DNA from: Marsupella aquatica | Lineage: Eukaryota; Plantae; Marchantiophyta | Direction of reading: 5' to 3' | DNA length: 64,000 bases | Assembly: GCA_973895155.1 (NCBI GenBank) | Contig: OZ316893.1 | Coordinates: 3,454,490-3,518,489 of the forward strand | Shown here: positions 13,367-26,631 of the stretch, one piece after another | How positions within the stretch are numbered: the stretch's first letter is position 1 | Layout: each line of letters starts with the position of its first letter | The notes under the pieces: generated by a model | What the model was told of the DNA's origin: nothing | The model's input: the letters and a program-made list of their open reading frames with translations, nothing else | Databases searched by the model: none | Translations under genes and position numbers: made by a program

Positions 13367-14796
13367 AGTGAGTCTCAAAGCTTGAAGTTAGCAAGATAAG
13401 TTATTGTCATAACTCAAGCATGACAAGTTACTCAAGCACTACAAGTTACTCTCATAAGTCAAGTATTATAATTCCAGTAAAAATTATGGGAGCCTTTCTT
13501 TGGCTATAATAAGAAAAGTACACCGGTTCAACACTTAACCCATAACTTTTTTGCAATATTAAGTGCAGATACGAAAATCCAGGACTCTAGAGCTCTGGAA
13601 GTCACCATTGAAGGCTGTGGGATCTACTTTTGACGTGGTGATCGTTGTTGCATTTGAGACTACGACTAATCAAGAATGAAGGAAAAAAAAATATATGCTG
13701 TGAGACATATGGGGCGGGTCAATTCTACCTCCCCCCAGTTTAAAAATTCTATAACTGGGTTATGGGATATACCATAGATCCATAACTTTCACTAATGACC
13801 CAGCTTTGAGAGGCCTATTGAATATAGAGGCTGACCAATGTAGGGTGTACTTTCAATATCAGGTCTATGCAGGGACGGAGCACTAGGTGCTAGATTCAGA
13901 GGCTTCTTGAAATTTTAAAGCAAACAACTCCATCAAAGCTGTTGCAACTGATTTTTTGTGAGGCTGCTATATATGGTGGGTCCGGACACTCTTTGGCTAT
14001 CTTGTCTCATTCAAATTGCTTACAATGTATTTTTATGTTCTCGGGGGTTTCACTTCCACAAAAGTAACATATCACGTGCGACGAAGTATAGGGTCATTTT
14101 ATTGGTTTGAAGGGAAGACTTAAGAATTTTTTGAGAAGAACAATAGGGTCTTTTAAATCCAAGTTTGAGACTTATAAGAACATTAGGGTCCTTATAACCA
14201 AAATTTTAGAATATTCCAAGAATATTCTAACTTTATAGGGATTGAAAAATAATAATTTTTTCTTACATTTTAGGGGGTCCGAGGCCTAAAAACGTCGCAG
14301 GTGATGGGGAGGCATCCATATAGTGAGACCCCCGAGTTTATGTTAATCTGACCTAATCCATGCCTTAGCCATGTACTATTTAGAATTTGATCATTTTTGG
14401 GCAGCCCTTTAAATTTTTTCATTCAGTTAGTTTTGACTAAGTTCCTTTCTATTAGGTTCCCTATATTTTAGGGCATTCGCAGACATATATATGCGGGAGG
14501 GTCATTTCCACAGAAGTGGCACATCATGTGCGACGAAATATATACCCATTTAAAGTAGTACTTCTAAAGTTTAGTGGAAGAACACATATGGCGTGTTTTA
14601 TTGACTGATCGACTTTAAAGAACACATAGACCTGTTTAACTGTATAAAATATTTTCTTTAAAGTTTTGGGGGTGTTTTTTAGTAAAAAATGATAAAATTT
14701 AAGTTATGGGGGTCAAACTCTAGACCATCGCACACGATGTATGGCCCTCCATAATAGACATCTATTAGGATGAACATCCTATATAGCTAATGCCTT

Positions 14797-15128
14797 TGTT
14801 GAACTAAGACGTCATTCGCAACGACCATACAACCATGACTCATTCCATGCACACGTAGTCGACACAATCTCTACGTGGTTCACCTCTTCTCCAAGGCTAC
14901 GTCCACACGAACACTCAAGCTTTACTTCAAGAGTAAACCAACACACATGCTCTCCCTCTTCCTCAAGTTGCTCCGTTACAATCAGTAAGCACCACACACC
15001 AGCGGCTTACACTAGCCCTAGTATATACAAGGTCACACACGACTAATCTAACCTCAGCTAAGATCCTAACTGTGGTTAGCCTAAGTGCCGTAACCTATGA
15101 GTCACAAGACTAAGAGCAATCCTTAACA
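14797..15128 (-). repeat. Copia 3' LTR
   Basis: Differs from 35666-35997 at about 5 positions by eye; PPT (rc AAGGGGGAG) at 15131-15139. Confidence 0.95.
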
Positions 15129-15332
15129 AACTCCCCCTTGACTCTAGTCTTGGGGACTGCAATTTCTGCTATCCATATGAGATACTCAGCGGGAAATTCT
15201 AGACAATCACCTAAAACCATAGGTGTCCCCCTAAAAACCATTTAAGGTTAACTAAGGGTTAACTAGAATTAAGCCGTAGCCATAACAGGATTGAGTAACC
15301 CATATACAGAAATTACATATTGTTAAGTTACT

Positions 15333-16799
15333 CTACTTGTGCTGCAAATGCAAAACTTGCAAAGTAGCACGGTGTCTTGAGTAACTCTCCAAAGGAATCA
15401 CTTTGGTAAAAGCATCAGCCGGGTTGAGCTTTCCATCAATCTTGACTAGCTCAAACATTTTATCAGACACTGCTTGCCTAATAAAATGGTACCTGATGTC
15501 AATGTGTTTCACCCTACTATCCATAACTTGGTTAATAGCTAGGTGAAGCGCACTTGGCTGTCACAATGAAGAGTCATTTTTCCATGCTCCAATCCCATCT
15601 CAATGACCAACTTATCCAACCAAATTGCTTCCTTTGCTGCTTCTGCTGCTGCAACATATTCTGCTTCTGTAGTAGACTGAGATACACACTTCTGCAAGGT
15701 AGATCTCCAACTTATGAATCCTCTTCCAAGAGTAAACACATACCCAGTCGTTGACCTCCTTGTTTCCAGACAGCCTCCGTAGTCAGAATCTACATAGCCA
15801 ACCAAAGATTTGGTTTTGTTTGATCTACTATCAAACAACAGACCATAGTCTATTGTGCCCTTAAGATACTTGAGAATCCATTTCACAGCCTCCCAATGTA
15901 CCTTCCCTGGATTTGACATGAATCTACTCACTTTGCCCATTGCTAGGGCTAGATCAGGCCTAGTACATGTCATCAAATACATTAGACTGCCCACTGCCTT
16001 CTCATATGGAACCTTAGTCATCAAACCTCTCTCCACTGGATCCGTGGGGCAGAAAGCCGATGATAACTTGAAATGTGGAGCCAAAGGAATACTTACTGGC
16101 TTACAATTTTCCATGTTGAATCTTGCAAGTACCTTTTCAGCATACTTGCCTTGATTCAACCACAACTGTCTAGTTTCAAAGTTCCTCGTAATCTCCATAC
16201 CTAAGATCCTCTTGGCTTTCCCAAGATCCTTCATTCGGAATTTAGAACTCAATTTTTCTTTGAGTTTGTCAACCTCAATTTGATCCTTAGCCACAATCAA
16301 CATGTCATCCACATAGAGCACCAGAATGAGCAAACCAAACACACCATTCTTGACTGATTTCGTATACACACAAGGGTCATACACCATCCTAGTGAATCCT
16401 TGTGCAAGCATGAAATCATCAAACCGCTTGTTCCACTGCCGAGGAGCTTGCTTCAATCCATACAAGGACTTAAGTAACCTGCAAACTAAACTCTCTTGGC
16501 CCTTCAGTTCTTCACAAAGCCCAGTGGTTGCCTCATGAAAATTTGTTCCTCCAAGGTGCCATAGAGAAAAGCAGTAACAACATCCATTTGATCTAACACC
16601 AGATCAAAAAACACAACAAGTTGACACAAAATTCGTATCATGGAATACTTGGCAACTGGAGAGAAGACCTCATTGTAATCCACTCCCTTCTCTTGAGTGA
16701 ATCCCTTGGCAACAAGCCTTGCCTTGTATATCTTGTCTCCTCCATCTGAAGAGCTGTCCTTCAGCTTGTAAATCCACTTGCTATCCACCACTTGTTGAT
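15333..16799 (-). pseudogene. Copia reverse transcriptase / RNase H
   Basis: YKARLVAKGFTQ, QMDVVTAFLYG, YGLKQAPRQW, YVDDML, GYVDSDYGG, EAEYVAA, KHIDIRYHFIR; small frameshifts. Confidence 0.95.
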
Positions 16800-17547
16800 G
16801 GCCTTTTGCAAGTTAGAGGGGGTCCAAAGGGTGCAAGTTTTGGCACCTTTTAGTAGTGGACTAAGTATCAATAAGTAAATGTTTATGGGTCTCCAAGTAA
16901 TAAACTCTGGTTACCAACCCTCATAACTAAGGTTAAAGGATAATCAAAATAATGCAAGCACCGTTGATGTTTACTCATCCATCGGTCAGGTGTGAGCAGC
17001 GTTTCCAAACTTGTACCTTGAGTTAGAAAATACATTGCGACCGTTAGATGAGATCTAACGGTGATCATGTATGAGGTACGCCATTGCAAAAGTGCGGGAG
17101 AATCGAATGCCCAACTTTGAACAGAGTGCGATGCGACGATGTGAAGGAGAATGCGATGTGAAAGGAAATGCTCAAGGCGCGATGTGAAGGAAATGCCCCG
17201 AGGCCTGAATGTGTGAAGGAAATGAGACGACGAGAAGATTTTGTCGAAGCCGTTTGTTTGAGGCTACAAACTGCAAGGATGCGGAAGTTCAAGGCTGTGA
17301 GGCTGCGAGGCTGCAAGGCTGCAAAAGTCTGAGGCTGTGGGGTTGCGGACATTCAAGGCTGCGGGGTTGCAGACGTTCAAGGCTGCGGACGTTTGAGGTT
17401 GCGGAAGCTTGAGGCTTGCTTTCGGCTCATTCTTTCATTGCTTGCTCAAATGTTCTCAAGAGTTTGAGGCTGAATGTTTTGCTTCAACATTGGTAGAAGA
17501 GGTCGCTCATTGAGGTTGGGGGCATTGGAGGTGGGAAGGTGGGAGCG

Positions 17548-20500
17548 ATGGCATCCAAAGGGCAGGAACTGATAGAGGTAGTAGTGGCAGAAGAGGCAGG
17601 GGAGACTCAAGTTAAGGTGAGCAGCAATAGCGGCAAGGCAGACCGGTCACGGAAGTGCTCTATGAGCAGCAGTAGTTCTGTGAAGACAGAGAGCGAGAAA
17701 TCTGCAAAGCTTGTACCACTCCAGAAAGGAAAGGCCGTTGCTGATCCTTCCAATGACGAGTGGATTCCTTGGCGGGAGGAAGACTTCAGGAAACCTAAAG
17801 ATTATTGGACCAAAGTATGTTGTCTTCCTGACCACGGGCTGAAACCTGGTGCAATCCTAGATTCTCTCGTCTCCAAGGCTATGCTACAGAAGTGTTTTGG
17901 AGCGTTATCCCATAACGGCGCTCACCTGAGTACGCACAGGCATTCCGCAGGAGGAAATAGTGCATTTGACGCAGGTTTTGGATGGGCACGAAAGCAGCCC
18001 TTTGAATGGGATGTTGGGCAAGACTTTAATAAAGGGTCTGTATGCTCATTTTGTTCTTCGGAAACCTGTGAATTGGGCTTCTTTTGCTGATATCAAGCAT
18101 AAGAATCAGATTCACAAAGCCTTCACGGACAAGAAACCAAAACCATTTGGTCCACCGATTGTAAGGCCAGATATTGTTTACAAGCAGCCGAGTCAATGTA
18201 GTCTGGAACGCGTTGAAGCTACAGCTGGGCAGGACGACGAGAAGATTGCTCCTGCAATGACAACAGAGGAGCCCCCATCTGCTCCAGCAACCACATCTAT
18301 CGCATCCCTGAGAAGTACTGTTTTCTCATCTGTATGTACCGCCAAGGTCCCTCCAGAAACTACTGAGAAGTATGAACTTCAGCAAGGAACTTTTGTTTGT
18401 GTCATGTTGAATTGCTTGGATAGTGAAATCGAATCCCTGAAAGTTCATCGTCTGAAAGTTTTGGAAAGTATCAAAGAGGTCACCCGGGTGGTTGAGAAGC
18501 ATGCACAGTTGGTGGAAGAAAATCAGAAGAATATCGAGCAGGTTGAAGCTCATATTCCTACTCAGCAGGCCAAATTAGATGCGAGGGAAAGAGAGCTGCA
18601 AATTGTTTTGGACAAGAAGGAGGCCGTGGCAATGGAGCTTGACGACTGCAAAGCAGACATGGATGAACAGGTAGATAATAGTGTTGCATTATGAATTTCT
18701 TTCACAACTGTTACAATCTGTTCTTGCTGTAATTATAGCAGATACTAACAACTTGATTTCGGGGATGTGTAGGACCATGATGCTCAGGAGCAGGTGCAGG
18801 AATTAGAGCAACAGGACAATGATCTCGCAGAAGAACTGGTCAAACTTGAGTCTGAGGTACCATTCCTTACATTCTGGTAGTAGGTATTTTTGTGGATGTA
18901 AATCACAGTTGAGGAGATATCCTGATTTTTGCCGGAATGATATCGTATTTAGGAGTCTTTACTCCCACATTGCCATCAAGGTTAGCTGTCAATATTACCA
19001 TGATTTGTTCTAAACTATGACGATTAATTTTGGCACAGGTTCAAATGCTGCAAAAGGGCATCGCTGATGCTAACTCAGAAGTTAAGGCCTTGGGAGTTTC
19101 AGCAAGTTGGGCAAGTACAGAGAAGGAGAAAGGAGTGCAAAGACTCAAGGATCTGACAACTAGGCAACAGGGCTATGATCAGAGTTTGGAATGTTGCGAG
19201 GCTGAGAAGAAATCACTTACAGACCATTTTCAGGGGGAGTTTCATTCCTTGAAACCTCAATTCATTCCAACGGCTCTGCAATTACGACAACATCTGTTCA
19301 AGATGTCTCCATGTGCCGTGTGTTTCCTGGGGTTTCACTGCCAAAATTTTATTCCCACCTCATGTGGGCATTGTTACCATCCAGCGTGTCTTGTGCCTTT
19401 AGTATCAAAATCTGACTGTGAAACTCCACGATGTGTAGCTTGTGATGAAATTTTTCACCCTCATTGGTTGCAAAGTTGGGGCTTGGCGCATTCATCTCCA
19501 GAATTGATTGCATTGGAGGTAACGTTGGGGCCCTGGGCCCCCAGCCTTTGTAAACTAAAGAGGTATACGTGCGTACACCCCCCTCCTTAGTACCCCTTAT
19601 TATTTTTGGAAGCCTATAAAAATTTCTCTTGTTATTCTTAAAAACTTAATTTTGGAGAATAAATCTGCCCCTTTGAGATATTATAATTTCACATTTTACA
19701 CCATTTATGAAAGCCTTGAAAAGTTATAAATTCATCATTTGCACACGGTTCTAAAACTGACGGGAGTGTTTTGGAAGGGTTTTGGGTACATACATTTTTG
19801 TGTTCGTGACCCTTTAACCCCAAACTTCAACTTTGGGGCATTTTTGAACCACACGGCAGGGTAGTCAGGGTTCAAAAGCTCCAAAGTCCTAAACTACTCT
19901 GAATCATAGATATTGCAAGCATAATTATATGTCATATACACATGTTCCAATAAAGGGTGGCCACAAGGACCAATCCTATTGTGACGCGTGTCACATCCAT
20001 ATTACATCACCTCTTGAAGCATATTAACTTGGGCAACATTTATATAAGCCTATATTAGTTAGAAAGGGTTCTTTGAATAAAACCATCCCTTGATATTTCT
20101 AAGCCAATTATAAAAATTAATCTCAAATCAGATTTTTTGCACCCTTCATCCGTTCGCACGTCCAACCCATTATTAATAATGCTGGGGGCCCAGGGCGTTG
20201 GGGTTGGGAGGTCAGACAAAGTCTTTTGAGAAACAATTGCGGGACTTGTACAGAGAGGGGGGTGAAAAGTTGAAGGCCAGGCAAGATAAGGAGAGAGACC
20301 GGCAGAAGACTCTGACTGTAAAATATTCCAAGGTATTTTAGCTAGTGTGGTATGGTTTTACTTTGTATGTCTTGGCTTGCTAGTGTGCCACATGTATAGC
20401 ATCAAGGTATGTCTTGGTCGTCAACACCATTGCTATTGTTGTGACCGGGTGGTTTTCTGTGTGGTGTTTGTAGGAGGAGGGGGATAGTCAAGTTGCATTT

Positions 20501-20983
20501 GAAGACATCAAGCGAAAGGCACAGTTGATTCAATTGTCTTCCACAGCTAAATATGTAATAGATCTAGATTCTCTGGATCTACCATGTGGAGAGGGAAGTC
20601 CATTGAAGAAACGACCTGGGCGAAGGAAACAGTCTATTGGAAGTTCAGGGCAGTCAAATCCTGTAGTGAAGGTGGAGCCCGGGAGTGTGGTGGCATCGGT
20701 GGATAGCCAATCAAAGGAGGGAACTCCCGAGAAGAAAGCCCCAGGCAGAAAGAGGAAGAGTCAAGATCTGATTACTGGGGACTTTGCCCAAAGGAAAGTT
20801 GTCACTCGTCATGACTCCCTTTCATTAGCAGAGAGAGGAACTGTGGACGATAGCCCTGCTAGTATGAACGACAGGCTAGTAGTGATGAATTTGTCTGATG
20901 TGGTATCACCACCTATATGTAGTGCAAAAGGGAAAGGAAGGCCAAACGCGAAAGAGTCTAAGAAGAAACTCGATTTAACTTGA
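17548..20983 (+). pseudogene. Transposon-borne spliced gene: N-terminal unknown domain, coiled coil, RING-H2 finger, basic C-terminal tail (disrupted)
   Basis: Phase-compatible GT-AG introns 18671-18772, 18857-19038 and 20333-20473; C-x2-C-x13-C-x-H-x2-H-x2-C-x14-C-x2-C; KKRPGRRK/RKRK NLS-like motifs; one frameshift near 17930; MITE insertion. Confidence 0.8.
19531..20195. mobile_element. 665-bp MITE inside the RING gene
   Basis: Perfect 15-bp TIR CCCTGGGCCCCCAGC; duplicated CGTTGGGG flanks; removal restores the frame EVTLGLGGQTKSFEKQL. Confidence 0.92.
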
Positions 20984-21479
20984 TACGAGTTTGAGACTCT
21001 AGTAATGTGGTTTCTGCCGTAGTTGGCAAAGATGCCTAAATACAGGCTGTGTTATATATTTTACAAGTTTTGGATTACGAGATATGGAAGCCAGCAAGTA
21101 GGTTTACAGACTGCCTTCACGCAGGTGTATTTCTCAGATCATTTATTTGGTGTTGCATGTAAGTGTTTAGTTTTCCAGGTTTCAGATTTCAGGTTTCAGT
21201 TCTCCAGGTTGCGGTATAGTGATACGGGTTCTCATTGAGAATCCATGAAATTTTGCTGACTGTTTGTTTGTCTGTGCAGGAAGCCACTAAGTTGCAAGAT
21301 AACGTCTACCAGGAGTTTTGGCTAAGGGATACTTTCTCTACTTGGTAGTTTGGTTTATAGTTTTGAGTACACACTGGTCTTTGAATGTGGGTAATGTTGC
21401 TACTTGCTATATAGACTATTTTTCATGTTGACTACTTTGTTACCAAGACTGCTTTGTACAATAAAACTGGTTTAGACTT

Positions 21480-22800
21480 GTATTAATTACTTGGTCATTT
21501 ACTTGTTACTGGTAGTACGTACTTAATATTACGCAATATTGGTATTCTCTATTTTTTGATAATACTTAATAGTACCTACTTAGTACTGATAGTGCTTAAT
21601 ACTACTTAGACTACTTGTCACTGAAGAGCACTAGTACTACTTGGGCCAGACATTAATTTGTTAATGATAGTACTTTACAGTACTTGTTACTGACGAGAGC
21701 GCTGGTATTACTTGGGCCAGACCTCCAGTTACTTGTTACTGATAGTACTTAGCAGTACTTGTTACTGAAGATAGTGTTGGTATTACTTGGGCCAGACCTT
21801 TACCTGTTACTGATAGTACTTAATAATAGTATTAGTAAGATAGCGCAGCTGGTATTACTTGGGCCAGACCTTTACTTGTTACTGATAGTACTTAATTAAT
21901 AGTACTATTAGTAAAGATAGCGCTGGTATTACTTGGGCCAGACCTTTACTTGTTACTGATAGTACTTAATTAATAGTACTATTAGTAAAGATAGCGCTGG
22001 TATTACTTGGGCCAGACCTTTACTTGTTACTGGTAGTACTTAATTAATAGTACTATTAGTAAGGATAGCACTGGTATTACTTGGGCCAGACCTTTACTTG
22101 TTACTGATAGTACTTAATAGTACTATTAGTAAACATAACGCTGGTATTACTTGGGCTCGACCTTTACTTGTTAGTGATAGTACTTAATAGTACTATTAGT
22201 AAAGACAACGCTGGTATTACTTGGGCTAGATCTAAGTTACTTGTTGCTGCTAGTACTTAACTGACAGTACTTGTTACTGAAGAGAGCACTAGTATTACTT
22301 GGGCCAGACCTTTACTTGTTAAGTCTGATCGTACTTGATATTACTTCTTACTGAAGAGAGCAATGTTATTAATTGGGCCAGACATTTACTTGTTACTGAT
22401 AGTACTTCTTACTGAAAATTAAGAGCACTGGAGACTATTACTTGGGCCAGACCTTTACTGGTTATTGTAGTACTTAGTAGTACTTGTTAGTGAATAGAGC
22501 ATTGGTTCTTTGTATGTTTTGGTTCAGACCTTTACTTACCTTGTTACTGGTACAATTACTTAATAGTAGTTGTTAGTGAATCAAGCACTAGTATTACTTG
22601 ACCGTCCACACCTTGAATTGTTACTGATAGTACTAGATGTCATAATTGTTAGGTACATATTGATACTTCTACTTGTATTACTTGTTATTGAATTGGTTAC
22701 TTTACCTTCAGGATGGAATGATTTTTCAGGAGTTTGCTTTGTTTGGTTATATAATTGATACTTGTTACTTATATTACTTGCTACTGTACTGAAATAGAGG
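21480..22800. repeat. ~70-bp minisatellite, TACTT/AGTACT-rich
   Basis: More than 10 copies of CTGGTATTACTTGGGCCAGACCTTTACTTGTTACTGATAGTACTTAA. Confidence 0.9.
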
Positions 22801-24779
22801 ATTGGTTGCGGCAGCTTAGAAATACTTAATACTGCTAACTTAGAGTAAGTTACTTTCCCTGTTTTGTACTGAATAGGTTGTATTTGTTATTTAGAATGAC
22901 TTTTTACTTATTTGGCCCAGTTTTGGTACTTATTTTAATTGCAACTGAATTATGGTACTGGTCTGGTAGAATATGGGCTCTTTAGTACTTTAGATATTGT
23001 CTCGTCCTGGACTAATATAGTCTCGTCCTGGTGGTTTTTCCTTTCCAGGTACATGGACAGAAAGCTGAACAGTAAGTTCGTGGCACCTACTATTTGAACT
23101 TCTCTCTGTTTTGGACTATACCATTTGCCATAGAAACGTTTATTTTACAGCCCATTGGACTACGCTTTTAAGTCGACATTGACTTCCGCTTGGTTTTGGC
23201 TGCGAGTATAATTGTTGTTCTCCCTGATTGTCATCTTGCAGTCAAGCTCAATGTCAATCGAAGGGTGGTTAGTGTTCTGTGGGCTTTTGACTAGTTGAAG
23301 CTTGTGTTGGACAACACTGTGGAGATCAATGGTAATGAGAAAAATGAGATCAGCAAGGTGGTGAGTTTTCTCTAGCTCTGCATCTTCTCATGTTCCCTCT
23401 CCCGTATCGTGTCGGACAACAGATTTTCTGTATACTCGCACTTCATTCCTGTGCACTCCAGTTCTTTCTTGTGTTGCTTTCTTCTACTGGTCAAGTTCAC
23501 TAGGCTAGGACCTTGCTTTCCCCTGGGCGTTAAAGTTTTTGTGTGCTCCTGTATTTGGTAACATTGCTTCACTCTTTGTTTCTGAGGTTGATCAGATTGT
23601 CGTAATCATGTTTTACAGGTCATGCCAGGGAGTAGTGCAGTGATGATAGAGGCCCTGGAAAATATGAGATAAGATTTGGCATGTAAACTAGGATTCCCCA
23701 CCCATGTAAGGCGAAGCAGACCTCCTACCTTGTGAGCAGGGGTTACATCTTAGTATGGCGGATTCATTCCAGAATTAGACAACTAGGGTGACATTCCAGT
23801 TGCTCCCAGGCAGCAGGCACCAAGCTCCAGAGATAGTAAGATGTCAAGAGAAGCTATACCATGTAAAACTTGTTGCTGTAAATTTTGTTGGAAATCAAGA
23901 AAGGAAAACCTGTTATAATAGTATACTTGTGATTGAGCTCGTTCTTGAACCATTGGGCTCAAATTTGAGCTGAAAATACATTAGCTGTGGTCATCCCTAA
24001 AATGTACACTGGTTGACCATCACCTATCAGAGTCAGATAGTACTAGCTAGGCAAAGAATCGGTATTCTCCATCGATCTGCAGCTTCGTTTCAAAGGATGA
24101 AGAAACAAATATTAGACATTAGATCTATAGAGAACTTCAGTACTTTAGTTCATCCCATTCAAGCCAGATCAAAGCTTCGACTAATTTGGAAGGCTCCCCA
24201 CTATGGGTCTTGTACAATAGGTGCTCCTTGGTAACTCGGTCTGCTTCTTTGCGCCATTGAATAGACGAGCACGTAGTGACGGGTAACTCCAGCGCGGTAG
24301 TACTCCATTCTCAAATTTGTGAGCATTTTAGTAGCTTTGGTCGAGTCGAGACTCTACGGCCATACACTCGTAACCGGGAGAAGCAGACTTCCGTGTGTAA
24401 GCCTAGCATTTTAATGTTCAATGTTAAAACCAAACCGTTGTGGACAGCCAGCAACTTTAAAATTAAGACTCCAGCCCAGAGGTTGGTTCATTTCCGAAAG
24501 TTGTAATTTTACCTGGGTGTCACATCATTTAATTCATACGTAAAGGGTTTGAAACGTGAGAACTTTTGACACAAACAAGATCTTCGAAGCCAATGAGGTC
24601 CTACAGCAACACTATGTAATGTGGGAATTAAGGCTGCAAGCACTTATGTAACAGAGTCGCATATGAATTATAGGAGAATCCACCATAACTTTATCAATAC
24701 TCTTCAATGCCATGAAGTGGAAGGGGACAAAATTTGTAAGCCTACATAAAAGCCAACTGAGCGCCTGGAACTTCCATAG

Positions 24780-25507
24780 CCTTTGACCGGGTTGCCTACA
24801 GGCCTCTCAATCTTAGTACCGACCTCCTCGCTGTAGTCCCCATGTACCTCCATAAGTTTTGTCAGATCAAACTTGGGAGCCTTCAAAATCTTCACCTTGC
24901 GAAACTTGGGAGCTTCAAAATCTTCACCTTGCGCACAATTGTGTTCTGTACAGGGTAGATACCTACGGTAGCCTTCTCAATTTCCTTTCCGATAACCTCA
25001 GGAATGAACTTGGAAACCAGTTCCTTGAGGTCACATTTGTGGGCCTTAGTCATTATCTCTCTCATCTTTCTGCAAATAGTTCTGATCTGACTGGACTAAG
25101 CGTACAAAGTCCTCTTTATCTGGTTCGGCCTCTTCTTCGTGAAGCTAGTACTATCAATATACTAATAGTACTATCAAGCTAGTCTTGACATCAATATAGG
25201 CAACAATAAGAGACTACCACTTGCGGACAAGGGACCGAAGCTTGTCTGTAGTGAAATCCATACCCCAAAAGTTGGTAAGAACATTGCGCCCTTGCACATC
25301 CTCAGCCCTTGGCTTGATCTTCCTGAAAGCCTGGTCTTCGTCTTGCTGAAGATCAGCGAGTGAGACCTCAAACACACCTTTCAGGCCATCAGCAGCGATG
25401 TTTGTTCCTTGTGTTCTGGTCACAAGAGTCTTGCCGAGGCTCCGCTGCGTGAAGGTCGAGGGCGCCTTGATATCATATGAATCCTCCTTCTTGTCCAAGC
25501 AATCCAT
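24780..25507 (-). pseudogene. RPS3A: Intronless 40S ribosomal protein S3a (eS1) pseudogene inside the transposon
   Basis: [98 protein letters not shown]; stops, frameshifts, N-terminus missing. Confidence 0.92.
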
Positions 25508-25789
25508 AGATCCAAATGTCCATTACATCTATACTCAGACCTAAGCTTCCAACCAGACCCACGTACCTCCTGAAGCTGCACAATCAACAAATACGCAAGA
25601 TCAATAAGTAAAGTTGTGAGAGTCCAGGAGAAATCAGATAATTGTCATGCATTGTGCTTTCAACCCCATATGTAACCCACAACCAACCTCACATCATTTG
25701 AATTCAACTGTTACGTTCAGTTGGATTCTAAGTTCACCCATAAGTACAGCAGTTACCTTGGCAACAAATAAACTACAACACTTGTAGGT

Positions 25790-26300
25790 TAGTGTTAAGT
25801 ACTACCAATGCCTAAAGAAGTAAAGTACTTCAAACTACCTTAGCTGTAGTTAAGTACTTGAAGTAAGCGTTTGTCAAGAAAGATGGTCCAAGTACTTCAA
25901 GTACTGTTTGAGTACTTGAAGTAGTCGTCCAGTCTTAAACTACTTAAAGTAGAACTAAGTATTTCAAGTAAGACTAGAGAACTTGAAGTACTTGAAGAAG
26001 TACTTATTGTACTTATTGTACTTGAAGTAACTTGAAGTACTCGAAGTAACTCGAAGTAACTTGAAGTACTCGAAGTAACTCGAAGTACTCGAAGTAACTC
26101 GAAGTAACTTGAAGTACTCGAAGTAACTCGAAGTACTCGAAGTAACTCGAAGTAACTAGAAGTACTTCAAGTAACTTTAAGTACTTAAAGTAACTTAGTT
26201 GATGTACTAACTTAAAAGTAAATTGAGAGTATGTACTTCAAGTAATGTTAAGTACATGAAGTAACGATAAGTACTTTAAGTACAGTTACAAGTAAGATAT
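25790..26300. repeat. 9-10-bp GAAGTA(A)CT(C/T) array
   Basis: Alternating GAAGTACTC/GAAGTAACTC units; core at 25980-26200. Confidence 0.9.
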
Positions 26301-26631
26301 GTATTGCAAAGCAACCCTCAAGCACAAGTTATAGAAAGAAAAGTACTACGAGTAAAGTAAAAGTAATGAAAAAGTGTAATGATCATACAAGGATAACATG
26401 ATTGTCTCAGTAGTATTTAGGTAGACAAGAATTATGTTGGTATAGGTCCTTACTAGCTTGAGACTTTGTGGCGCTCTGTCCATAATTTGACAGACTTCAG
26501 TAATCACCTGAAGACACACTGCCACACAAAAAACATACCACTACCTTGGTCATCGTTGTTCTGTGTAATTGCAATGTGAACAACTTTCAAAGATTTGAAA
26601 GCAAGAATCAAAGTGGATCGAGGTAGTTGGT

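Noticed and set aside
14812-14997. Duplicated 61-aa ORF (also 35681-35866)
   Set aside because: Incidental ORF within the two LTRs.
21620-22620. Regular repeats resembling a CRISPR array
   Set aside because: The intervening sequences are also repeated (no unique spacers), there are no cas genes, and the context is eukaryotic; it is a minisatellite.
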